Shown here: piece after piece, positions 47,256 to 55,112 of the stretch
Numbering within the stretch: position 1 is the first letter of the stretch
Layout of the letters: each line of letters starts with the position of its first letter
DNA from: an uncultured bacterium
GTDB taxonomy: Bacteria; Patescibacteriota; Minisyncoccia; Phycocordibacterales; UBA2100
Assembly (NCBI GenBank): GCA_903854215.1
Contig: CAINVT010000035.1
Span: 1 to 62,908 of the forward strand
Length of the DNA stretch: 62,908 nt
Direction of reading: 5' to 3'
Translations under genes and position numbers: made by a program
Notes under the pieces: generated by a model
What the model was told of the DNA's origin: nothing
Seen by the model: only the letters and a program-made list of their open reading frames with translations
Databases searched by the model: none

Positions 47256-47612
47256 ATGTTTTATAAATTTCTGAATAGAGGAATAAGTGTGAAGATATCG
47301 GAACTTCATCCGGTAGCAATAAAGTATTTAAGTAATGATCTAGAGAAAAATTATGACGAAGCTGTTGCGGAGAGATTGAGAGTATTTAGGAATTATGCAC
47401 TGCTCTACAAACGTTTTGAAACAGATCAAAAGCGGCTTTACATGATTAATAGAAACTACTTAAGTTTTCTTAAGGCAATAATATTTTTATATCGCACAAG
47501 TCAGGCTTCTGTATCAGCTGGCGTGCTTACCGCACCAGAAGAAATTTATCGAACTATAAATGCAGTAAATGAATCCTTTCAAGTCGCTACAGAATCGTTG
47601 TCTCTTGGTTAG
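47256..47612 (+). CDS. Hypothetical protein (118 aa)
   Basis: ORF only. Its ATG directly follows a partial copy of the intergenic repeat. Confidence 0.45.
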   Translation: MFYKFLNRGISVKISELHPVAIKYLSNDLEKNYDEAVAERLRVFRNYALLYKRFETDQKRLYMINRNYLSFLKAIIFLYRTSQASVSAGVLTAPEEIYRTINAVNESFQVATESLSLG

Positions 47613-47676
47613 CATGTCAGCAAAGCAAAGATAAATATAAACAAATTACTAATGACTACTTAAAACGGCTCAATTC

Positions 47677-47716
47677 TGTCAGAAAAGTTCTATCATCGTC
47701 CCATACGGCCAGCAAG
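47677..47716 (+). repeat. Intergenic repeat copy B
   Basis: tgtcagaaaaGTTCTATCATCGTCCCATACGGCCAGCAAG. Confidence 0.75.
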
Positions 47717-47740
47717 AGTTTTAACTGCTAGAATAAACAC

Positions 47741-48196
47741 ATGTCACGCCACCCAATCGCACAAGAGTATCAGTGGAGTATCTTAAAAGAGTACGAGTAT
47801 TGGACTTTACTATTATACGAGAAACCAACACCGTTTCTCGGCAGAGCAGTTGTATGGCTTGCCCGCGACGGTGATATGCAACGTTACTCGGAACTCACCA
47901 TCGCTGAACTGACAGAACTTAAGCAAGTCATCTTGGAATATGAGACGGTACTCGCGAATCTATGGAAACCCGACCACATGAATTATATGTGGCTCGGAAA
48001 TTTTTTCCACGAGCACGCAGGACATGGCCACATGCATCTTTTTCCCCGCTATAAGGAGCCACGCGAATTTGATGGAGTGGATTTTATAGATACAAGGTAT
48101 GGTGCATTCCACTTCCCGTATGAAAACCCTCAATTCTCACGAAAACAAATGGAGAAAGTATGCGACGTGATAAAAGAACAATTCAAAAACATCTAA
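47741..48196 (+). CDS. HIT-family (histidine triad) protein
   Basis: HxHxHxx motif AGHGHMHLFPRY near the C-terminal third. TGcTAGAAT box lies 6 nt before the ATG. Confidence 0.7.
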   Translation: MSRHPIAQEYQWSILKEYEYWTLLLYEKPTPFLGRAVVWLARDGDMQRYSELTIAELTELKQVILEYETVLANLWKPDHMNYMWLGNFFHEHAGHGHMHLFPRYKEPREFDGVDFIDTRYGAFHFPYENPQFSRKQMEKVCDVIKEQFKNI

Positions 48197-48238
48197 ATGT
48201 TCCAACAAAGTCCAAATCTCCTCAAGGATGGCTCAACT

Positions 48239-48280
48239 CTGTTAGAAAAGTTCCAACATCGTTCCAGACCCCTAGCCAGT
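48239..48280 (+). repeat. Intergenic repeat copy C
   Basis: ctgttagaaaaGTTCCAACATCGTTCCAGACCCCTAGCCAGT. Confidence 0.75.
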
Positions 48281-48347
48281 CTGAAAAAGAAGCATTTGAA
48301 GGGTCACAATTAATCCGCCGCTTATGTGACATTTTTCCCCCATTTTC

Positions 48348-48947
48348 CTACGGCTTTATTTTCCTAAAGATACATCGATAGATATGCCAGTGCTTCACCT
48401 TATTGTGTAGAACATCTGATTGGTCATGTTCAACCTCATCGAAATACATACACTGCAAGTCTGAGAATAGTTCCAAGACCTCTTGTTTTGAAAAGAATGA
48501 CATATCGGGACGAGATGCCCAGTCGTCTTTATGGCCGAGTAATGTAATGCAAAGTACGCCGTTTATGGTCAGACCGTCTTGTATTCCGAGGATAACTTTT
48601 TTGATCAAAGCGCTCGAAAGAAAAGGTAATGAATTAAGCGCAACGATAAGCGAATAGTGGTTTGGTGCAATTTGATATTCAGCGATATCGAGCGCTGTAA
48701 CCGTAAGATCGCGATTTTGCATCTCCGAAGCTATTGCAAGGATGATCGGGTCGCGATCTACTGCGTCAACAGTAAAGCCTGCCGCAAGCAATGCTCGTGC
48801 CTCATTTAACGCTCCTGCACCGAGATCCAAGGCATACCCATCATGATTCATTTGAATCTCGATCGCTTTTTTGATCAATATATGTGGCGCTCTGTTCCGT
48901 GTGAGAGCCGCATATGAATCTTCCGTGCCCGATTCCTTCTTTTGCAT
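48348..48947 (-). CDS. Class I SAM-dependent methyltransferase
   Basis: Motif I ALDLGAGALNEA and the acidic loop TVDAVDRD. Confidence 0.75.
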   Translation of the reverse strand: MQKKESGTEDSYAALTRNRAPHILIKKAIEIQMNHDGYALDLGAGALNEARALLAAGFTVDAVDRDPIILAIASEMQNRDLTVTALDIAEYQIAPNHYSLIVALNSLPFLSSALIKKVILGIQDGLTINGVLCITLLGHKDDWASRPDMSFFSKQEVLELFSDLQCMYFDEVEHDQSDVLHNKVKHWHIYRCIFRKIKP

Positions 48948-48976
48948 GAACTGAACTATATCAAGAATTTAGCACG

Positions 48977-49520
48977 GTGCTCATTTCAATAGAAAGCGAT
49001 GTAATTTTAAAGTACAGGGGAAGGGGGGAAGGAGGGGAAGGGGGACCCCTCCCAACGTCGTACCAAACTCCCAGCTCGAAATTCAAAAGAAAATCCGCGG
49101 CAGCTTTTGGCCACCGCGGACTGATATGTGGGGAGAGGCGTACTAGTCGCTCATTCGAACTCGCTTTCGCTGCGCCTACACCTTACGGCTTAAGCTCGCA
49201 CGCGTGATTTCTCCCCGACGAAGAGACACTTAGGCTTGGGGGGATCACTGTAAGCCAGCGGCTTGTGATACCCCCATGTTCAGGTTGGGCTTGTCGCAGC
49301 TTACCCCTACTCGATCTCCTTTGAATGAGGCACACTGTACGAGACTTTGGGGCCCGAAAGCCCCACCCTCTGTGGTTGACTCACTAAGTCATTCCAGATC
49401 GCTTTCAAAGGATCATAGGCCTGGTCCGGTTTTGGATACGACACCTATTCCCGGAGTCTCACTGTTGATCTCTCATCTCCTCGTCCTACTAAAAATGTAG
49501 CACAAGCACTATCGGTGAAC
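48977..49520. ncRNA. Candidate structured non-coding RNA or structured DNA element of unknown class
   Basis: About 530 nt without a credible ORF, GC-rich relative to the island. Multiple strong hairpins are listed in the finding for this region. UUCG and GAAA tetraloops appear only if it is read on the minus strand. Confidence 0.3.
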
Positions 49521-49529
49521 AATGTTGAA

Positions 49530-49571
49530 TGTTTAGAAAAGTTCTAAACATCGTCCCACACCCCCAGCAGT
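49530..49571 (+). repeat. Intergenic repeat copy D
   Basis: tgtttagaaaaGTTCTAAACATCGTCCCACACCCCCAGCAGT. The 5' part forms the 9-bp hairpin TGTTTAGAA/TTCTAAACA. Confidence 0.75.
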
Positions 49572-49598
49572 CTAGTCTTAGTTCGGATGGGGTAGAGG

Positions 49599-49629
49599 GG
49601 TTCCACCATCGTCCCAGCCCCCAGTAAGT
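49599..49629 (+). repeat. Intergenic repeat copy E
   Basis: gGTTCCACCATCGTCCCAGCCCCCAGTAAGT. Confidence 0.75.
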
Positions 49630-49652
49630 AGTTTCTTGCTATAATTCTTGGA

Positions 49653-49895
49653 ATGCAGCCGAAAAATACTAAGAAATTGACTCCTGTTTTGAGGGCCTTG
49701 ATCGAGGTCAGCTTTATCATTTTTCTTTTTTACTCAAACCTTCTAATGGGTGAATTCTTACAGTCCGGGCCGGGGCAAAGCAGGGGATTGTTATGGGCGG
49801 TCCGCAACATCTTCACAGAAGCAAATTTCGTCATCGCCATAACCTCGGCAGTCGTCGGTTACATAGTCTTTGAATTTTTGAGAAAAAGATTGTGA
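49653..49895 (+). CDS. Small membrane protein (80 aa)
   Basis: Two hydrophobic helices. TGcTATAAT box 7 nt before the ATG. Confidence 0.55.
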   Translation: MQPKNTKKLTPVLRALIEVSFIIFLFYSNLLMGEFLQSGPGQSRGLLWAVRNIFTEANFVIAITSAVVGYIVFEFLRKRL

Positions 49896-49901
49896 TCAGC
49901 A

Positions 49902-49941
49902 TTGAAGAAAGTCCCAACATCGTCCCGTACAGCCAGCTCGG
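49902..49941 (+). repeat. Intergenic repeat copy F
   Basis: ttgaagaaaGTCCCAACATCGTCCCGTACAGCCAGCTCGG. Confidence 0.7.
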
Positions 49942-49956
49942 TGTTACAATCTACAC

Positions 49957-50265
49957 ATGGCATGGTATCTCTATATAGCGAGTTTCTTCGCCGGAATCTT
50001 TTTGGCGAACGCGGTCCCGCATTTCGTGCAGGGTGTTTCGGGAAATACATTTCCCACACCGTTCGCCAAACCGCACGGTAGGGGACTTTCATCTGCGACA
50101 GTCAATGTGGTGTGGGCGCTGTTTAATGTGGTAGTCGGATATCTACTATTGGTAGTAGGGCACGTGAATTCCGGCAACGTACCGTCACTCATCGTTTTCT
50201 TTATCGGCGTTGCGGCAATCAGTATCATGTCGAGCGTCAATTTTCAGAAGAAAGAGAGAGAATGA
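49957..50265 (+). CDS. Small membrane protein (102 aa)
   Basis: Three hydrophobic helices. TGtTACAAT box 6 nt before the ATG. Confidence 0.55.
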   Translation: MAWYLYIASFFAGIFLANAVPHFVQGVSGNTFPTPFAKPHGRGLSSATVNVVWALFNVVVGYLLLVVGHVNSGNVPSLIVFFIGVAAISIMSSVNFQKKERE

Positions 50266-50297
50266 TCGAAAGTTCCTACATCCGTCCAAACTCACGG
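50264..50297 (+). repeat. Intergenic repeat copy G (degenerate)
   Basis: gatcgaaaGTTCCTACATCCGTCCAAACTCACGG. Confidence 0.55.
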
Positions 50298-50348
50298 AAA
50301 GAATGGGGATAAGTTCGATATATCATGCTTGTTTGTTAAGCTTGTTGA

Positions 50349-50672
50349 ATGAAAAAAGATCACAGATCCGGCGGCAAATACACGGGCAGTCATACGACCG
50401 TCATCCCCGCCGCGGGATTGTTGACTGACATTGCTGACCAGCAGCCCGAAGTGACGAAGATAGCTTTGGGATACATTAAGGCCGGTTTGCCGTCAGCGGC
50501 AGGGAAGCGGCGTGCAAAAATCACCGAGCGGCTGGGCAATCTTCTGCTGTCGGTACGGGATAATGTTTCGCAACAAGAAATAACGGTATACTCGACGGAT
50601 CTCAAACAGTCGAAACGCGCACTGTATCAAGGCGCGCTCAAATTCGGTATCGAAGTTTCTTTCGTGGATTGA
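50349..50672 (+). CDS. Hypothetical protein (107 aa)
   Basis: ORF with host-like GC. No motif recognised. Confidence 0.5.
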   Translation: MKKDHRSGGKYTGSHTTVIPAAGLLTDIADQQPEVTKIALGYIKAGLPSAAGKRRAKITERLGNLLLSVRDNVSQQEITVYSTDLKQSKRALYQGALKFGIEVSFVD

Positions 50673-50761
50673 AGGGATGCGGTCAACAGTCATTCTCATT
50701 TTCTATAACTCCGCAGACAGTCATCCATTTCAAAATCCGCAGACTCGTGTATAACTGCTCT

Positions 50762-51349
50762 ATGAATAAAATGAATGTAACTTCGGCGCGGTTCGTCAAA
50801 GGCGTTGTCGGAGAGGACGATATCCTTACTGATGGAATATCGCAGTATGCCTTCGTGGGGCGGTCGAACGTGGGGAAGTCGAGCATCATCAACTCACTCG
50901 CCGGTGCGAACGATATGGCGCGTGTCGGCAAGAAACCGGGGAAGACTACGGAGATCAACTTTTTTCTCGCGAACGATGCGTTCTACCTCGTCGACTTGCC
51001 GGGGTATGGCTTTGCCAAGGCGTCGCTCGCGACTCGTGAGAAGATCCGCGCACTTATCGTATGGTATCTGACTGAATCTGGTGCCCGGCCAGCATGTGTC
51101 GCTCTTGTGGTTGATTCAAAAGTAGGATTGACTGATTTTGACCGCGAGATGCTCTCGCTCCTTATCCATGAACATCATCCGTTCGTGATCGCACTCAGTA
51201 AAGTCGATCGTCTCACGCAAAAGGAGACGAGCGCATGTATCAAAGATGTTGAGGCGCTTGCTCCCGGGGTGCCCATCATCGCATGCTCATCGCAGACCGG
51301 ACGCGGTATCGGTCAACTCGATGGGGCGATATTCGGACCGAGTTCGTGA
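50762..51349 (+). CDS. engB: Ribosome-biogenesis GTPase EngB/YsxC/YihA
   Basis: G1 GRSNVGKSSIINSL, G3 DLPGYGFA, G4 SKVDRL. Start at MNKMNV (the track ORF starts at 50669). Confidence 0.9.
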   Translation: MNKMNVTSARFVKGVVGEDDILTDGISQYAFVGRSNVGKSSIINSLAGANDMARVGKKPGKTTEINFFLANDAFYLVDLPGYGFAKASLATREKIRALIVWYLTESGARPACVALVVDSKVGLTDFDREMLSLLIHEHHPFVIALSKVDRLTQKETSACIKDVEALAPGVPIIACSSQTGRGIGQLDGAIFGPSS

Positions 51350-51389
51350 CCGCCCCTCATTTCATCATTGATTTTGATAGAATCCGGTT

Positions 51390-52010
51390 ATGCGAAAGCC
51401 TATGTTGAACCGAGAACTTGTTGAAAGGGAATTACCAAGGGAAGGTCTTCTGGTATTCAACGAATCCCTACTTAGGAATCAGGAGTTGTCGGGAGCGCAC
51501 TTTGAAGAAGCTCGTCTTGACCAATGCAAACTTGAAAACATTACATTCAGCGAGGTGGAGATTGATGAGTCGAAAGTGACCGACTGTATTTTTAACAAGT
51601 GTAATTTTGCGGGGGTCAGACTTAATGAGGCTTTCTTTTCTCGCACCGAATTCGTACGTTCTCGACTGCAAGGTCTTCAAATAGATGCGGCGATACTGAA
51701 GGATGTGAACTTCAAGTCATGCAAGCTGCAATCATCGAATTTTCGTTTCGCGAAGCTGAAGGATGTCGTATTTGAAGACTGCGATCTGTCGGAAGCAGAT
51801 TTCGTCGGTGCAGAGCTCGAGAACGTGACCTTTAAGAATTGCAACGTAGCGAGCGTCGAATTTTCCCAGGCACGACTCAAGGTTGTGAAATTGAGCGGTT
51901 CAAATATCGAAAATATCCGCATTACTGCCGACTCTTCCAGAGGACTGATCGTTGATACCGGCCAAGCACTTTATTTGGCTTCCCTGTTCGGTCTGTCTAT
52001 CGAAGATTAG
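51390..52010 (+). CDS. Pentapeptide-repeat protein
   Basis: Continuous A(D/N)LxF-type pentads (LSGAHFEEARLDQCKLENITFSEVEIDESKV...). Confidence 0.85.
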   Translation: MRKPMLNRELVERELPREGLLVFNESLLRNQELSGAHFEEARLDQCKLENITFSEVEIDESKVTDCIFNKCNFAGVRLNEAFFSRTEFVRSRLQGLQIDAAILKDVNFKSCKLQSSNFRFAKLKDVVFEDCDLSEADFVGAELENVTFKNCNVASVEFSQARLKVVKLSGSNIENIRITADSSRGLIVDTGQALYLASLFGLSIED

Positions 52011-52030
52011 ATTATGTGTTCTGGACATTG

Positions 52031-52063
52031 GATGAAGGTTCCGACATTGTCCATGATATGCGG
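52031..52063 (+). repeat. Intergenic repeat copy H (degenerate)
   Basis: gatgaagGTTCCGACATTGTCCATGATATGCGG. Confidence 0.5.
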
Positions 52064-52090
52064 TAAAAAAGTTTTGATATAATTCTCCTT

Positions 52091-52342
52091 ATGAAAAAGA
52101 AAATGATCGCCGGTGGTGTGGTACACAAAATTCCGGATGATCTTCGGAAAGCTCTCACCTCGACTCCAGCCGCGCGGGCAGTGTGGGAAGATATCACACC
52201 GCTTGCACGCAATGAGTGGATCTGCTGGGTGACGTCCGGCAAAAAAGCGGAAACAAGAGGTATCCGGATTGAGAAGGCGCTCTCGAAACTTACCGGCGGA
52301 ATGCGTCGACCGTGTTGTTGGGCGGGCTGTACGCATCGTTAA
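52091..52342 (+). CDS. YdeI/OmpD-associated-family small protein
   Basis: The blocks IPDDLRKAL...AARAVWEDITPLARNEWICWVTSGKKAETRGIRIEKA are typical of this family. Confidence 0.6.
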   Translation: MKKKMIAGGVVHKIPDDLRKALTSTPAARAVWEDITPLARNEWICWVTSGKKAETRGIRIEKALSKLTGGMRRPCCWAGCTHR

Positions 52343-52416
52343 ATGATACAGACGGCGATGGATGAAGTGTTTCCAGCCCCATATCATCTTCACTGGTCAC
52401 GTGCTATATTTTTCAT

Positions 52417-52971
52417 ATGAAAAAATACTTAGTGATCGCGGCGCTTATCGGACTCCTTATTGTTGCTGCAGTATTGATCTGGCCGGGTAAATCTGAAGCT
52501 CCTATACAATCCCCGACGGGAGCAGAGGCCGGATACAAAGATGCGGCGTACATCATCGAAGGACAACCGGTCAAGCTTGTCGACGGAAGATCGGCTATTG
52601 CGATTGCGCCAGGTTCCGCGTCAGAGATCGTCACACAATATTTTGGTAATGAAGCGGCAGGTGATCTCAATGGTGACGGCGTTCCTGATGTCGCATTCAT
52701 CCTCACGCAAACCACCGGCGGAAGCGGTACCTTTTATTATGTCGTCGCGGCGTTGAAGACCGCGACCGGCTATCAGGGAACCAATGCGGTATTGCTGGGT
52801 GATCGCATTGCGCCGCAAACGACCGAGATTGCTAATGACCGAATTGTCGTCAATTATGCCGATCGCGCAAAAGGGGAACCGATGAGCACGGCTCCATCTC
52901 TCGGCATAAGCAAATATTTGACGATCACCGGTACGACGCTTGCGGAATCTCCGACGACTGCTTTGAAATAA
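52417..52971 (+). CDS. Membrane-anchored/secreted protein with an FG-GAP-like Ca-binding motif
   Basis: N-terminal signal anchor (KKYLVIAALIGLLIVAAVLIW) and GDLNGDGVPDVAF. Confidence 0.55.
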   Translation: MKKYLVIAALIGLLIVAAVLIWPGKSEAPIQSPTGAEAGYKDAAYIIEGQPVKLVDGRSAIAIAPGSASEIVTQYFGNEAAGDLNGDGVPDVAFILTQTTGGSGTFYYVVAALKTATGYQGTNAVLLGDRIAPQTTEIANDRIVVNYADRAKGEPMSTAPSLGISKYLTITGTTLAESPTTALK

Positions 52972-53034
52972 AAGCTACATAAAAAATAAACGTGTCCGCG
53001 CTTTCATTTCGTGGTAAGCTATCGACCATAAAAT

Positions 53035-54342
53035 ATGGATACGGTTTCAAAAAAAGCGTCATGGACTGAACGGACTGTCGCATCGGCACAGTCCGTCATT
53101 TCTGGTGAACAAAAAGGATGGCGTCGCCTGTTGCCGTTCCTTGGTCCGGCGATCATCGCGTCGATCGCCTATGAAGACCCGGGTAATTTTGCGACCAACA
53201 TCCAAGGTGGCGCGGAATTCGGCTACATGCTCCTCTGGGTGATCGTGGTCGCCAATGTAATGGCGATGCTGTTTCAGGGACTTTCGGCGAAGCTCGGTAT
53301 CGTGACGGGCAAGAGCTTGGCGACGCTGTGCAAAGAACAATTTCCGCAGTGGCTCGTGTATTGCATGTGGGCGGGCAGCGAGGTCGCCGCGATTGCGACT
53401 GATCTGGCAGAATTTCTCGGCGCATCGATCGGCTTGAGTCTTCTTTTTGGGTTGCCGCTTCTCGTGAGTTTTGTGATCGTCGGGATCGGTACGTACGCGA
53501 TACTGCATTTGCAAGGATACGGATTTCGTCCGATGGAAATGGTCATCGCGGGTTTTGTTTCTGTCATCAGCTTGAGCTATCTCGCCGAGATCATCTTTTC
53601 GCGGCCGGATTGGATCGCGTTCGCATACCATTCAGTGGTACCGCACCTTGCAGGACCGAGCAGTGTGACGCTTGCGGTCGGGATCGTCGGTGCAACGGTC
53701 ATGCCGCACGCCATCTATTTGCATTCAAATCTCACCCAGAACAGAGTGCCGACAAAAACCGATGAAGAACGACATGTGGTCCTGCGATTCTCGAATACGG
53801 AAGTTTTGATTGCGCTCGTCATGGCGGGCATTGTAAACATGGCGATGCTCGCGATGGCGGCATCGGTGTTTTACATGTCGGGCAATCAGGGTGTTGCCGA
53901 TATCACGACGGCGTATCGAACACTCATTCCTTTGATGGGGCCCGCTGCCGGCGGTGTCTTTCTCGTATCGCTCCTCGCGTCGGGTTTCTCGAGTTCTGTA
54001 GTGGGAACGATGGCGGGGCAGACCATCATGCAGGACTTCGTCGGCTTCGTTATTCCGCTGTGGGTTCGTCGGCTCGTGACTATGGTGCCGCCCCTTGTGA
54101 TCATCGCAATGGGTATCGATGCGACGCAGGCGCTCGTCGTAAGCCAGGTCGTGTTGAGTATCATTCTTCCGATACCAGTCATCGCGCTCATCGTGCTCAC
54201 TTCGCGTCGCGATATCATGGGTGTATTCGTCAACAAACGTCTCACAAAAGCTGCGGCGATTGTCGGTGGTTGTGTCATTGTGATACTCAATGTGATCTTG
54301 CTATCACAACTCGCCGGAATCGGGATTCCATTTTTGAAGTGA
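53035..54342 (+). CDS. mntH: Nramp-family divalent metal (Mn2+/Fe2+) transporter
   Basis: Nramp signature blocks (IAYEDPGNFATNIQGGAEFGY; GATVMPHAIYLHS). About 11 TM helices. Confidence 0.9.
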   Translation: MDTVSKKASWTERTVASAQSVISGEQKGWRRLLPFLGPAIIASIAYEDPGNFATNIQGGAEFGYMLLWVIVVANVMAMLFQGLSAKLGIVTGKSLATLCKEQFPQWLVYCMWAGSEVAAIATDLAEFLGASIGLSLLFGLPLLVSFVIVGIGTYAILHLQGYGFRPMEMVIAGFVSVISLSYLAEIIFSRPDWIAFAYHSVVPHLAGPSSVTLAVGIVGATVMPHAIYLHSNLTQNRVPTKTDEERHVVLRFSNTEVLIALVMAGIVNMAMLAMAASVFYMSGNQGVADITTAYRTLIPLMGPAAGGVFLVSLLASGFSSSVVGTMAGQTIMQDFVGFVIPLWVRRLVTMVPPLVIIAMGIDATQALVVSQVVLSIILPIPVIALIVLTSRRDIMGVFVNKRLTKAAAIVGGCVIVILNVILLSQLAGIGIPFLK

Positions 54343-54370
54343 TATCAATGCGGTTCTGTAGTATGATGTC

Positions 54371-55108
54371 TTGAATATGGCAATCGTCTATCACACGCAT
54401 CATACGCATAACGAACCGCATTCGATGACTGATGCCGGCTCAAAGCTCAACTGGTTGCGTGCCGCAGTCTTGGGGGCGAATGACGGGATCGTCTCGGTCG
54501 CGTCGATCGTCGTCGGTGTCGCCGGTGCGTCGAATAATTCCCCCGGTTTTATTCTTACAGCGGGCGTCGCGGGGCTCGTGGCTGGTGCGCTTTCGATGGC
54601 GGCAGGGGAATATGTGTCGGTGAGTACGCAAAGCGATACCGAAAAAGCATTGCTCGCAAAAGAACGCTGGGAATTGGAAAATTTGCCCGAAGAGGAACTG
54701 AGCGAACTTGCGAATATCTATGAGCAAAAAGGCTTGAGCAAAGCGACTGCACACACGGTCGCTCTCGAGCTTACGGCGCACGATGCATTCGCAGCGCACG
54801 TCGATGCTGAACTGCATATCAATCCCGACGACCTGACCAATCCATGGTACGCCGCGATCGCGTCGGCACTGTCGTTTTTTGTCGGTGCGATCATTCCGCT
54901 CATCGCTATCCTTCTACCGCCCGCCCCTTGGCGCATACCCGTCACCTTCATCTCCGTTCTTGTCGCACTTGCGGCGACCGGTGCACTCTCGGCTCATGTC
55001 GGCGGGGCAAAGAAGATGAAAGCGACGATACGCGTCATTATCGGCGGTGCCGTTGCGATGGTAGTCACCTATTCGATCGGAAAGGCGTTCGGGGTAATGG
55101 GGATCTAG
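54371..55108 (+). CDS. VIT1/CCC1-family iron/manganese transporter
   Basis: LRAAVLGANDGIVSVASIVVGVAGA, SMAAGEYVSVSTQ, a central acidic helix region, and C-terminal TM helices. Confidence 0.85.
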   Translation: MNMAIVYHTHHTHNEPHSMTDAGSKLNWLRAAVLGANDGIVSVASIVVGVAGASNNSPGFILTAGVAGLVAGALSMAAGEYVSVSTQSDTEKALLAKERWELENLPEEELSELANIYEQKGLSKATAHTVALELTAHDAFAAHVDAELHINPDDLTNPWYAAIASALSFFVGAIIPLIAILLPPAPWRIPVTFISVLVALAATGALSAHVGGAKKMKATIRVIIGGAVAMVVTYSIGKAFGVMGI

Positions 55109-55112
55109 CCCG

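Larger units (their letters stand above)
27994..48950. mobile_element. AT-rich accessory/defence island adjacent to tRNA-Gln (boundaries approximate)
   Basis: Visible drop in GC relative to both flanks. tRNA-proximal T-arm remnants, a serine recombinase, a Y1 transposase, and defence-type gene content. Confidence 0.6.

Noticed and set aside
48160-48381. 73-aa ORF bridging the HIT and methyltransferase gene ends
   Set aside because: It overlaps both neighbouring genes and is composed largely of intergenic-repeat copy C.
49019-49050. G/A-rich tract (aggggaaggggggaaggaggggaagggggac) as a possible CRISPR or microsatellite array
   Set aside because: It has no regular repeat-spacer periodicity. 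It is a single low-complexity tract sharing a 13-nt seed with the RAYT flank. No CRISPR array is present anywhere in the window.
48977-49520. Assignment of the structured region to tmRNA, RNase P RNA, SRP RNA or a tRNA-like gene
   Set aside because: There is no GGAAAGUCCGGGC/ACAGAACCCGGCUUA pair (RNase P). There is no GGGG...UUCGAC 5' end or T-arm plus ACCA 3' end (tmRNA). There is no GGAAGCAGCC helix-8 motif (SRP). The 88-nt GGGGAGA...TCTCCCC domain has TTCGAAT but no complementary T-stem. The class is left unknown.
47241-52063. Interpreting the intergenic repeats as integron attC sites
   Set aside because: No IntI-type tyrosine recombinase or attI is present. The repeats lack clear R''/L''-L'/R' symmetry, and copies flank core genes such as engB. 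It is kept only as a low-probability alternative in the finding.
52972-53034. Mn2+ (yybP-ykoY) riboswitch upstream of mntH
   Set aside because: Only 63 nt are available and no conserved riboswitch core is seen.
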